DNA of 64,000 bases from an uncultured virus (IMG/VR IMGVR_UViG_3300029305_003094) (lineage: Duplodnaviria > Heunggongvirae > Uroviricota > Caudoviricetes). A program made the position numbers and the translations under genes. This document shows, piece after piece, positions 15,811 to 24,384 of this stretch. The notes beneath the pieces were generated by a model. It made no database searches. It saw only the letters and a program-made list of their open reading frames with translations, and was not told the origin of the DNA. The stretch is taken from the IMG/VR virus record IMGVR_UViG_3300029305_003094; one strand, given 5' to 3'. How positions within the stretch are numbered: position 1 is the first letter of the stretch; the number at the start of each line of letters is the position of its first letter.

Positions 15811-17216
15811 GTATTTACAGCAGAATCAAGGGGTGGTTTTCTATGCTCATAAAGAGCAAAGCAAAGGAAGAATTCAATATCGAGCCCATCAGCTCGGAAC
15901 AGATGCAGTCGTGGATCAGCGAGTGCGTGAACATCTACCGGGGAGATCCTTGCTGGTTGGATGAAGAGGACGGCATTGACACAGTAAACTTTGCGAAGGC
16001 TGTGTGCTCTGAAACGGCACGTCTTGCCACGCTGGGTATTGGAATCAAAATCAGCGGTTCCGTACGGGCTGACTGGCTTAAAGCGCAGATCGAGAAGATC
16101 TACTACCAGCTGCGGTCTTGGGTGGAATACGGCTGCGCGTATGGTACGATCATCCTGAAGCCGGATGGCGAAACCGTCAGAATGTACACGCCTATGGAGT
16201 TTGAGGTCACGCACCATACGGATGGTAATATCGACGGAATTGTTTTCCACAACTACAAGCGCCGGGGAAATAAATGGTACACGATGCTGGAGTACCACCG
16301 TTTTGAAGACGGCCTCTATGTGATCACCAACAGGTGCTATGTGGGCGAATCGCCCGATGATACAAAGCGGCCGGTGAGCATGAAAGCTTCTCCGTGGTCT
16401 GAGCTTGATGATGAAGCGTATGTGGAGAATGTGACCGGCAACCTCTACGGCGTTTTTAGGATGCCCCAGGCAAACAATATCGACCTGAACTCCCCTTTAG
16501 GTCTGCCCATCTTTTCGGAAGCCATTCAGGAACTACGGGATTTGGATATCGCCTATTCTCGCAATTCCGAGGAGATCATTGACAGCAAGCGCATTGCACT
16601 GGCCGACGAAGCTCTTCTGACCTTCTCCGGTGAGCCGGTGGCAAAAGGCTTGGAGGCGGCACAGAGTAAGGCTCGGCGGATGAAGTTCCCGGACATGGTC
16701 AAAATGGTTCGGGGTGACGGACGGGAGACCTACTATCAGGAGATCAACCCGGAACTCAACACAGATATGCGCATCAGGGGCATAAACAATCTGCTCAGTC
16801 AGATCGGCTATAAATCCGGATTTTCCAACGGGCATTTTGTGTTCAGCGAAACAACCGGCTTCCAGACGGCGACCGGTGTGGAGGCAGCTCAGCAACGTAC
16901 GGTTCAGACGACAAAGGACGTCCGGGACAAGCTGGAGTGCTGCGTAAAAGGGCTGATCTACGCGCTGAATGTTTTTGCTGACCTCTATGGTTTGGCGCCT
17001 GCCGGTGCTTATGAGGTGGCGCTGGACTTTGGCGATATCACCTACAATCGAGATGAAGACCGGGCACGGTGGTGGAGCTATGTGGTGTCGGGTAAGATCC
17101 CGTTCTGGTACTTCCTGATGAAGTTTGAAGGCTTCACGGAGGAGGATGCAAAGGCGCTTGAGGCAGCCTCAATTGCGGCACATCAGCCGCCGAAACTTTT
17201 TGCTTTGGAGGAATAA
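15807..17216 (+). CDS. Portal protein (A118-type)
   Basis: Follows terL; ANNIDLNSPLGLPIF and TATGV motifs. Confidence 0.9.
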   Translation: MSIYSRIKGWFSMLIKSKAKEEFNIEPISSEQMQSWISECVNIYRGDPCWLDEEDGIDTVNFAKAVCSETARLATLGIGIKISGSVRADWLKAQIEKIYYQLRSWVEYGCAYGTIILKPDGETVRMYTPMEFEVTHHTDGNIDGIVFHNYKRRGNKWYTMLEYHRFEDGLYVITNRCYVGESPDDTKRPVSMKASPWSELDDEAYVENVTGNLYGVFRMPQANNIDLNSPLGLPIFSEAIQELRDLDIAYSRNSEEIIDSKRIALADEALLTFSGEPVAKGLEAAQSKARRMKFPDMVKMVRGDGRETYYQEINPELNTDMRIRGINNLLSQIGYKSGFSNGHFVFSETTGFQTATGVEAAQQRTVQTTKDVRDKLECCVKGLIYALNVFADLYGLAPAGAYEVALDFGDITYNRDEDRARWWSYVVSGKIPFWYFLMKFEGFTEEDAKALEAASIAAHQPPKLFALEE

Positions 17217-17235
17217 CCAAAAGGAGTGGTAATGC

Positions 17236-18831
17236 GTGCTTTCTCCGGAATATCTTGAAACAATTGCAGAGGGCGGAGAAGCGATCGCAGAGCTGCTGCA
17301 TCATGAAATCATCCAGCAAATCGTTGAACGGATAGCGATCCGGTTAGACCGGGGCGAAGACTATGTGCTGACGGCCAGAGATAAGTGGCAGCTGGAGGTG
17401 CTTCAGGACGCCGGCTATCTCCGGGAGGATATCGAAAAGGTTCTGGCAAAGTATACCGGCTTGATGCAAAAAGAGATCGCCGAGGCCATGGAGGCAGCAG
17501 GGGTCGAAAACATGGAGTGGGATGATGCGGTATACCGGGCTGCAGGCTTGGACCCTGCGCCCCTTGCTCAGTCCCCGTATTTGGTACGTCTGATGCAGAG
17601 GGCCTATGAAGCAACGGTGGGTGAGTGGATAAACTTCACCCGTACAACTGCCGATGCCTGCCAGCAGTCTTTCGTGGCGGCTTGTGACAGGGCCTACACT
17701 ATGGTATCGTCCGGAGCGATGGGATATTCCCAAGCGTTTGCGGATGCGATCCTGCGGTTGGCCAATGAGGGTGTGGCGGTAGTCAAGTACACGAAGACTG
17801 ATCCGGTCACCGGAGAAGAGCGTGTTCATACCGACACCATCGAAACGGCCACAATGCGCTGCATCCGCACCGGTGTTTCTCAGGCAACGGCGCAGATCAC
17901 AGACGCCCGTATGGACGAAATGAACTGGGATATTATTCTGGTATCTTCCCACTTCGGCGCCCGTGTCACCGAGAAGGAGGACTTCACAAATCATTTTTGG
18001 TGGCAGGGGAAATTTTACTCCAAGAGTGGAAACAATCCCCGTTTTCCTCCCTTCTCCGTGTGCGGCTTTGGCCACGTGCAGGGCATCCACGGAGCAAACT
18101 GCCGGCACCACAAGGGCCCGGGCGACGGAGAACACAATCCGTTCAAGGAGTTCGACAGCGAGAAAAACAAAAAGGAATATGAGCTGCAGCAGAAACAGCG
18201 GACCATGGAGCGCCGGATCCGGAAGACCAAGCAGGAGTGTGCGACCCTTAAAAAGGCTGTGGACAGCGCCGGCACCGAGGAAGGCAAGCAGCAGGTGGAG
18301 GAAGCCTACCAAAAGAAGGTGGCGCTGCTTAAAAAGCAGAATGAGGCCTACAACGAATTTTGTGAGGATAACAATCTGAAGCGACGTAGTGAGCGGATGC
18401 AGATCGCCAAGTGGGACCGTGAGCAGGCCAGGGCATCGATAAAAGCGGAAAAAGACTATCAAGCAGACCTTGCAAAAAAAGAAAAGTATGATAAAATGAT
18501 AGTTGAAATAAGAGAGGCTGCCAGTGTGGCAAAAACAGCGCCAGTACATATTCCACCAAGAGGAATAGAGGTGGAATCTCTTTCGTTCGATGAGAAACAC
18601 ATAAATGCTGAACGAGATCACAATGTGAGCCGAGAGATAGCTGAAAAGTGGATTCGGGAAAGCAGGGTATCGATTACCGTGTGGAATGGAAAGTTTGAAC
18701 GGTTCTATGGAACAGACGGAGCCGTATATGTCGATATGGAAGAGCAGCACATCAGGACGGCATTTGGTAAAGCTGAGTTTAAAGAAAAAGTACAGAAATT
18801 GCTGGAGGTGTTGGAGAAAAATGGATATTAA
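17236..18831 (+). CDS. Minor capsid (MuF-like) protein with C-terminal extension
   Basis: SSHFGAR...WWQGKFY...GANCRH motif; AT-rich extra ~130 aa at the C-terminus. Confidence 0.85.
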   Translation: MLSPEYLETIAEGGEAIAELLHHEIIQQIVERIAIRLDRGEDYVLTARDKWQLEVLQDAGYLREDIEKVLAKYTGLMQKEIAEAMEAAGVENMEWDDAVYRAAGLDPAPLAQSPYLVRLMQRAYEATVGEWINFTRTTADACQQSFVAACDRAYTMVSSGAMGYSQAFADAILRLANEGVAVVKYTKTDPVTGEERVHTDTIETATMRCIRTGVSQATAQITDARMDEMNWDIILVSSHFGARVTEKEDFTNHFWWQGKFYSKSGNNPRFPPFSVCGFGHVQGIHGANCRHHKGPGDGEHNPFKEFDSEKNKKEYELQQKQRTMERRIRKTKQECATLKKAVDSAGTEEGKQQVEEAYQKKVALLKKQNEAYNEFCEDNNLKRRSERMQIAKWDREQARASIKAEKDYQADLAKKEKYDKMIVEIREAASVAKTAPVHIPPRGIEVESLSFDEKHINAERDHNVSREIAEKWIRESRVSITVWNGKFERFYGTDGAVYVDMEEQHIRTAFGKAEFKEKVQKLLEVLEKNGY

Positions 18832-19003
18832 CTACCCCGTAAATTGTCCGCTCATGGAGCAAGAAATCGGTGCCGATGAGTGCTTTGATATTCACATGGT
18901 CGTAGATGGATGGGCACCAAAGTATACTGCGCCGGAAAAAGCAACTTCAAAAGAAGGATTCGGAGAAATATGTAAGAATTGCCCATATCACAGAAATGAT
19001 TAA
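18821..19003 (+). CDS. Small Cys/His protein, candidate immunity protein
   Basis: Overlaps the MuF stop; CPL...C...CKNCPYH; same AT-rich block; terminator follows. Confidence 0.65.
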   Translation: MDINYPVNCPLMEQEIGADECFDIHMVVDGWAPKYTAPEKATSKEGFGEICKNCPYHRND

Positions 19004-19032
19004 GCACCATGCAGAAATGCTGGTGCTTTTTC
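19002..19032 (+). terminator. Intrinsic terminator
   Basis: AAGCACCA.GC/GC.TGGTGCTT stem followed by T run. Confidence 0.7.
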
Positions 19033-19067
19033 TATGCCACAACAGCTATTTTGCGTAAAAACTTGCT

Positions 19068-19232
19068 ATGTACGAATATCAAACAATACTGAATGAGATC
19101 GAAAAGCTGGTTGATCAGCTTCCGTACCGGTCTGTTGAGATCGAGGTGGAGCTGAAGGAGCAGACGCTCGTGCTTAAAAAGAGCAGATCCCGAAAGATCG
19201 GCTTCGCAGCAGAAGATCCGGATAATAACTAA
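19068..19232 (+). CDS. Small hypothetical protein (54 aa, ends RKIGFAAEDPDNN)
   Basis: Open frame with phage-like codon use; no clear RBS; followed by hairpin plus T run at 19240-19274. Confidence 0.5.
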   Translation: MYEYQTILNEIEKLVDQLPYRSVEIEVELKEQTLVLKKSRSRKIGFAAEDPDNN

Positions 19233-19276
19233 ATAAACGGCCAGACCCGGCATAAAGTCGGGCCTGGCTTTTTTAT

Positions 19277-19352
19277 GCCATCATAGCTCAGCTGGAAGAG
19301 CAGCTGCTTTGTAATCAGCAGGTCGGCGGTTCGAATCCGTCTGGTGGCTCCA
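19277..19352 (+). tRNA. Phage tRNA-Thr(TGT)
   Basis: Cloverleaf GCCATCA/TGGTGGC, TTTGTAA loop, GGTTCGAATCC, CCA; C31-U39 mismatch. Confidence 0.9.
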
Positions 19353-19431
19353 ACCTTGCCGGGGGTATATCCGGCTCAATCCATTACCGCTGACGGGCGG
19401 TCAATAAATTACGATATAGGAGGATCTAAAA

Positions 19432-20025
19432 ATGAAGAACATCTACACCATTTTGTCCGAGGTGGGCATCGAAATCCCCGAGGACAAGAAAGCCGCGTTC
19501 GACAAGGCCGTAGCGGAAAACTACAAGACCATTGCCGAGCACGAGAAGAAGGTCGATCGCTTGAGCGAAGATCTGAGCGCCATGACCACCAGAGCTGAGA
19601 CCGCAGAGCAGACCCTCAAGGGCTTTGAGGGCAAGGATTTTGATGCCATCACCCGTGAGCGTGACGAGTGGAAGACCAAGCACGACAACGCAGTTGCCGA
19701 ACACCAGCGTCAGCAGGACGAACGGGAGTTCAGCGATCTGCTTTCTTCTGCCATCACCGAAGCCAAGGGCAGAAATGCCAAGGCAATCGGTGCGCTTCTT
19801 GATCTGGACACGCTGCGTTCCAGCAAAAATCAGGAGAAGGACATCAAGGCCGCGCTGGATGCGCTGAGAACAGAAAACGGATATCTGTTCGAAGACAATG
19901 GCGGCACACCTCGCTTTGCTGCAGGTGGTGCCGGTGGCGGCGGACAGGGTGGCGCCGGTGGCGGTACAAAAGACCTTGGCAAACTGACGATGGCGGAATA
20001 TATCGCCGCCAGAAAAAACAAATAA
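19432..20025 (+). CDS. Capsid scaffolding protein (GP20-type)
   Basis: Coiled coil, KGRNAKAIGALLD...YLF motif, Gly-rich tail, precedes the capsid gene. Confidence 0.85.
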   Translation: MKNIYTILSEVGIEIPEDKKAAFDKAVAENYKTIAEHEKKVDRLSEDLSAMTTRAETAEQTLKGFEGKDFDAITRERDEWKTKHDNAVAEHQRQQDEREFSDLLSSAITEAKGRNAKAIGALLDLDTLRSSKNQEKDIKAALDALRTENGYLFEDNGGTPRFAAGGAGGGGQGGAGGGTKDLGKLTMAEYIAARKNK

Positions 20026-20037
20026 GGAGAATGAAAC

Positions 20038-20892
20038 ATGACTATTTTGACCCCCGAAATCATTGCGCGTGAGGCACTGATGGTGCTGCGCAACAACGCT
20101 GTTATGGCTAACCTCGTCCACCGTGACTACTCTGATGAGTTTGTGCAGGGCGTGGGTGATACCATTACGATCCGCAAGCCTGCCAGCTTTACGGCAAAGG
20201 AATTCAACGGTGAGATCGAAGTGCAGGATTCTGTGGAAGAAGGCGTTGCCGTTAAGATGGACAAGCTCTTGGATGTGTCCTTTGCTGTTACCGCAAAGCA
20301 GCTGACTTTGGACATTGAGGACTTTTCCAAGCAGCTGCTGGTACCTGCCATGCAGGCCTTCGCCAATAAGGTCGATGGGCTGCTTCTGGCTCTGAAGGCA
20401 GACATCGATCAGAGTGTTCCTGCCACCGCTGTGGTGCAGGACGATGTGGTTGATGCCCGTGCTTATTTGACCAAGGCCGGCGCGCCCCTTGCCGACCGCC
20501 GCTTCGTCTATGGCTCCGATACTGAGACCAAGCTGCTGAAGACCGATCTGTTTGTTTCCGCTGAGAAGGTGGGCGACGAGGGCACCGCGCTGCGTGAAGC
20601 TTCCCTGGGCCGCAAGTACGGCATGGACTTCTATGTTGATCAGAATGCGGACACCGCCGGTGTTGCGGCTATGGCCTTCCATAAGAATGCCTTTGCTTTC
20701 GTTACCCGGCCTCTTGCACTGCCTCAGGGTGCTGCCAATGCTGCCATCGTGAATTATGATGGCTTTGGTCTGCGTGTCGTGCAGGCATACGACATCAACA
20801 AAAAGACCGATACTGTATCCATCGACATGATCTGCGGCGTCAAGACTCTGGATCCCAAGCTGGCCGCCATCATCGAAGGCGCCGTAAACTGA
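20038..20892 (+). CDS. Major capsid protein (P22 coat-like family)
   Basis: GDTITIRKP...AFHKNAFAFVTRPL...IDMICGVKTL. Confidence 0.9.
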   Translation: MTILTPEIIAREALMVLRNNAVMANLVHRDYSDEFVQGVGDTITIRKPASFTAKEFNGEIEVQDSVEEGVAVKMDKLLDVSFAVTAKQLTLDIEDFSKQLLVPAMQAFANKVDGLLLALKADIDQSVPATAVVQDDVVDARAYLTKAGAPLADRRFVYGSDTETKLLKTDLFVSAEKVGDEGTALREASLGRKYGMDFYVDQNADTAGVAAMAFHKNAFAFVTRPLALPQGAANAAIVNYDGFGLRVVQAYDINKKTDTVSIDMICGVKTLDPKLAAIIEGAVN

Positions 20893-20914
20893 CAAGAAAA
20901 GGGCGGTGTAAGTA

Positions 20915-21403
20915 ATGTACATAACCAAGGAAAAGTACAACGAACTGTATGACGCCATCGACGAGAAGCTATTTGATCGCCTTTCCTTTGATGCCTGCCG
21001 TTGCATCGACGGGCTCACAACAGGCGCAGATGGGGTTAAAAAGCTGAAGGTGGCCTTTCCTTCCGATGCGGATTCTGCCACCGCCGTCAGGCGCTGCGCC
21101 GCCCAAATCGTTCATTTTCTTTACCAGATCCATGAGGCGGAGCGATCCGCCTCTATGGGTCGGGGACTTGAACAGACGGAAGGTGGCCTGCGTGGCCGTG
21201 TGATCACCAGTGTATCGTCGGGCAGTGAATCTGTATCCTATTCCGCAAGCCAGCATGCACAAACCGCAGCTGACCTTGCTGCAATGGATGCCGCCCAGAA
21301 GGAGCGCACCATCCGGGAGATCGTAAAGGAATATCTTTCCGGCGTGGCGGATGGCAACGGTGTAAACCTGCTGTATATGGGGTTTTACCCGGTAAGGAGG
21401 TAA
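20915..21403 (+). CDS. Head-tail connector/adaptor
   Basis: Position; SVSSGSESVSY and NLLYMG motifs. Confidence 0.75.
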   Translation: MYITKEKYNELYDAIDEKLFDRLSFDACRCIDGLTTGADGVKKLKVAFPSDADSATAVRRCAAQIVHFLYQIHEAERSASMGRGLEQTEGGLRGRVITSVSSGSESVSYSASQHAQTAADLAAMDAAQKERTIREIVKEYLSGVADGNGVNLLYMGFYPVRR

Positions 21404-21407
21404 ACCC

Positions 21408-21863
21408 GTGTTTTCCCAAACGATTACGTTTTTTAACCGCAAGAAGATTGACGAAGGCGATGTCTGGTACCCGACAGTGATCCGCAATGTTCATGTAGAT
21501 CTGGACCGGGCGGCGGTCCTTGCGAAGTACGGCCCGAAAGCGGCCGACAACGCCGCCCTTTATGTTCCATACAGCAAGGATATAGAGGGGAATATTCTGG
21601 TCGCCGGCAAGTGTTGGCTGCCACCGAAAGAGTGGGCAGCACGACCGGAGATCGTTGGCTTTGTTACCTTTACCCCCGGAGACCGCTTTGACTTCTTCTG
21701 GCTGGGTGATTGGGGCAGTGAAGAGGCGATATATGATGCGGACCATGTGGCGGACATGGGGTTTTACAACCACATGAACCGGTTGCATGATTTTGTGTTC
21801 GCGGTTACCTCTGTGGGTGGTCCGTACCGTCTGATTCCCCATTTTGAGATCATGGGTAAATAG
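21408..21863 (+). CDS. Head closure / minor capsid protein
   Basis: Position; C-terminal IPHFEIMGK. Confidence 0.7.
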   Translation: MFSQTITFFNRKKIDEGDVWYPTVIRNVHVDLDRAAVLAKYGPKAADNAALYVPYSKDIEGNILVAGKCWLPPKEWAARPEIVGFVTFTPGDRFDFFWLGDWGSEEAIYDADHVADMGFYNHMNRLHDFVFAVTSVGGPYRLIPHFEIMGK

Positions 21864-21864
21864 T

Positions 21865-22368
21865 ATGGCGAAGAAAATCGAAAAACTGAAATTCAAATTC
21901 TCCTATACCGACAGGACGATAAATGGCGTTATGCGGTTGGATCTGTCTCGCTTTGATGCTCAGTTTTCCCGGGCGCAGCGTGAGCTGGACTCCATGGTCA
22001 TGACATCAATGATTCCCTTTATGCCAAAAGAGACGGGCGTCTTCATCAACGAGACACAGGGCATGTCTCAGGCGCTGGCAGGCTCCGGTATTGTTGTGGC
22101 GGCAGCTCCGTCCAGGGGTCGATACCTTTACGAGGGCAAGAAGATGGTGGATTCCGTAACCGGTAAAGGCCCGGCAAAAATACCTGTTGGACCGGGCGAG
22201 TATCTTTTGCGGTACCGAAAAGGTGCCGAACTGAAGCCCACAGAGGAACCGCTTCATTATTCTACCCATGTAAATCCGGATGCAACAGATCACTGGTTTG
22301 AGCCTGCGAAAAAAGCCGATGGAGAAGCGTGGGTGAAGAAAACAAAAAAACTGGCAGGAGGTGGATAA
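21865..22368 (+). CDS. Minor capsid / neck protein
   Basis: PFMPKETG...RYLYEG...HWFE motif. Confidence 0.75.
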   Translation: MAKKIEKLKFKFSYTDRTINGVMRLDLSRFDAQFSRAQRELDSMVMTSMIPFMPKETGVFINETQGMSQALAGSGIVVAAAPSRGRYLYEGKKMVDSVTGKGPAKIPVGPGEYLLRYRKGAELKPTEEPLHYSTHVNPDATDHWFEPAKKADGEAWVKKTKKLAGGG

Positions 22369-22866
22369 ATGGCAGAGGTCAAACCGATTGGCGTTGATGC
22401 GGCCGGATATGAGATCGTTACCAAAGCTGTGAAGGCTTTGCTGAATCAATTCCCTGGGTTGAATGATCAGAGGATTTGTTTTGAAGAACAGAGCGAGGAT
22501 GCTGGGATCGCATTCTTTGCGGATGCCGGCGCACTGGTGCTTTCCGAGCGAAGGTCTATCACCGACCATGTATACCAAACCTGCCAGTACCCGTTTCTCG
22601 TTAGCTATCGTACAGCTGCAACGGGTGAACTGTACAAGCTGTATGCCACAGAGTTCTTGGATGCGCTGGGCAAGTGGCTTTGCAGGGAGCCTGTGGAGAT
22701 AGATGCTGTGGCGGTACAGCTGAAGGAGTATCCCGTGCTTTCCGATGGGCGAGCGATCACCCGTATTACCCGTAACAATGTCTACGGCACAATTCCAAAC
22801 GACAACAAAACCCAAGACTGGATCCTCCCGATTACGATCCAGTATACCTATGAATTCGATCTGTAA
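22369..22866 (+). CDS. Tail terminator / completion protein
   Basis: Immediately before the tail tube gene. Confidence 0.65.
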   Translation: MAEVKPIGVDAAGYEIVTKAVKALLNQFPGLNDQRICFEEQSEDAGIAFFADAGALVLSERRSITDHVYQTCQYPFLVSYRTAATGELYKLYATEFLDALGKWLCREPVEIDAVAVQLKEYPVLSDGRAITRITRNNVYGTIPNDNKTQDWILPITIQYTYEFDL

Positions 22867-22878
22867 AGGAGATATGAA

Positions 22879-23370
22879 ATGAAGGCTGAAAGAAAGTATC
22901 TTGCCCACTATCTGGACTCCGCGTTCGCTAAGACCTACGAGGCTGCTGCCTATGTCCTCTTGGGCAAGGATCTTGAAGAGCTGAGCATCGATCTCAGCCC
23001 CGATGTGGAAACCAGCAAGAATATTCTGGGCGAGAATTCTGTGAAGCACAACGGCTACGAAGCTACCAGTACTGCAGACCCCGTTTACTATGAGTACGAC
23101 GATGCTCTGACCGAGAAGATCATGGAGATCGCTATGCTCCGCAAGTCCGGCGACGAATGCAAGACCTCCTATGTGGAAGTGCTGCTGAAGCCCGGCGAGG
23201 ACGGTGGAAAGCCTACTGTGATTCGCGCCGTGCGTGAGGATGTGGTCGTGATCCCCACGAGCTATGGCGGCGATACCTCCGGTGTGAAGGTGCCTTTTGA
23301 GATCCGCTTTGCTGGCAACAGAACGGTGGGCACCTTCGATCCCGAGACCAAGACGTTCACGGCCCAGTAA
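22879..23370 (+). CDS. Major tail tube protein
   Basis: LGKDLEELSIDLSPDVETSKNILGE...SYGGDTSG; strong RBS and codon bias. Confidence 0.8.
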   Translation: MKAERKYLAHYLDSAFAKTYEAAAYVLLGKDLEELSIDLSPDVETSKNILGENSVKHNGYEATSTADPVYYEYDDALTEKIMEIAMLRKSGDECKTSYVEVLLKPGEDGGKPTVIRAVREDVVVIPTSYGGDTSGVKVPFEIRFAGNRTVGTFDPETKTFTAQ

Positions 23371-23385
23371 TAAGGAGGAATCACC

Positions 23386-23802
23386 ATGGCTGATATCAAT
23401 GTAAACATAGGGTCTTCCCTTGTAAACTTTTATTTCCGGGACGAGGAGGGGAATGTGATCTCCTCCTTCCGCCTGAATCCTGCAGATGTGAAACTGGCGG
23501 CGCGCTGCGCCGAGGTTTCCGAGCACCTGAAGGAAATGGGTAAAAGCATCCCAGAGAACGCAAGCATGGAAGATATGCTGCGGATGAACGATGAGATGGA
23601 GGAACGGATCTGCTATATGCTGGGCTATGATGCCAGAAAGAGCGTTTTCGGAATGGTGTCTGCCACATCCCTCATGGAGGATGGCGAGATGTTCGCAGTG
23701 CTCCTGATCAACACCATCAACGAAGCAGTGAAGCCTGCTGTTGAAAAGAGAAAGAATGCCATGGAATCCCTGGCGGCACGGTATGCCGCACGGTACCAGT
23801 GA
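23386..23802 (+). CDS. Tail assembly chaperone
   Basis: Between tail tube and Gp15-like gene. Confidence 0.7.
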   Translation: MADINVNIGSSLVNFYFRDEEGNVISSFRLNPADVKLAARCAEVSEHLKEMGKSIPENASMEDMLRMNDEMEERICYMLGYDARKSVFGMVSATSLMEDGEMFAVLLINTINEAVKPAVEKRKNAMESLAARYAARYQ

Positions 23803-24353
23803 ACGCTTATGACCTGCCCACCTCCCTGACTGTCGGGGAGGTGGGCTATCCCATTCGCTACGGATGGAGGGCGGTGGTGGATGTTCTGGAGGTGTGCGCC
23901 GATCCGGAGGTGGACGAAGTGGGGAAGGCCATGTATATGCTGATGGTCATGTTCCCCACATGGAAAGACATGCCCGGAGAGCACATTCAGGAAGCTTTGG
24001 AAAAGGCTGCTGCCTTCATTGACTGCGGACAGAAAGCTGACAGATCCAAGCCAAAACTGATCGACTGGAAGCAGGATGCATCCATAATCGTGGCGGAAAT
24101 CAACAATGTGGCGAAAAGGGAAATACGGCTGGATCCGCAGCTGCACTGGTGGACGGTGTTCGGCTGGTTCATGAGCATCGGCGAAGGCCGTCTTGCTGCC
24201 ATGATTCATATTCGGCAGAAAAGGTCCAAGAGACAGAAGTTGGAGAAATGGGAGCAGGATTTTTACAGAGACAATAAGGCTCTCGTGGACTTCCAAACGG
24301 TAGAGTCGGAAGAGGTCCGCAGAGAGAAGGACAATATACTTAAATTTTTGTAA
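23799..24353 (+). CDS. Gp15-family tail assembly protein
   Basis: IDWKQDA..I...LHWWTV...IHIRQK motif. Confidence 0.8.
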   Translation: MNAYDLPTSLTVGEVGYPIRYGWRAVVDVLEVCADPEVDEVGKAMYMLMVMFPTWKDMPGEHIQEALEKAAAFIDCGQKADRSKPKLIDWKQDASIIVAEINNVAKREIRLDPQLHWWTVFGWFMSIGEGRLAAMIHIRQKRSKRQKLEKWEQDFYRDNKALVDFQTVESEEVRREKDNILKFL

Positions 24354-24384
24354 TTGCAGTTAACCTGCAAACGGAGGTGGTTCC

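Noticed and set aside
4503..19352. Alternative genetic code or suppressor tRNAs in prophage 1
   Set aside because: Genes are intact under the standard code and the anticodons are CAT and TGT
19426..23526. Long antisense ORFs (19426-21081, 22006-23526; also 17344-18750, 46584-47867, 34032-35063)
   Set aside because: Shadows of strongly codon-biased genes on the other strand; no RBS or recognisable motifs
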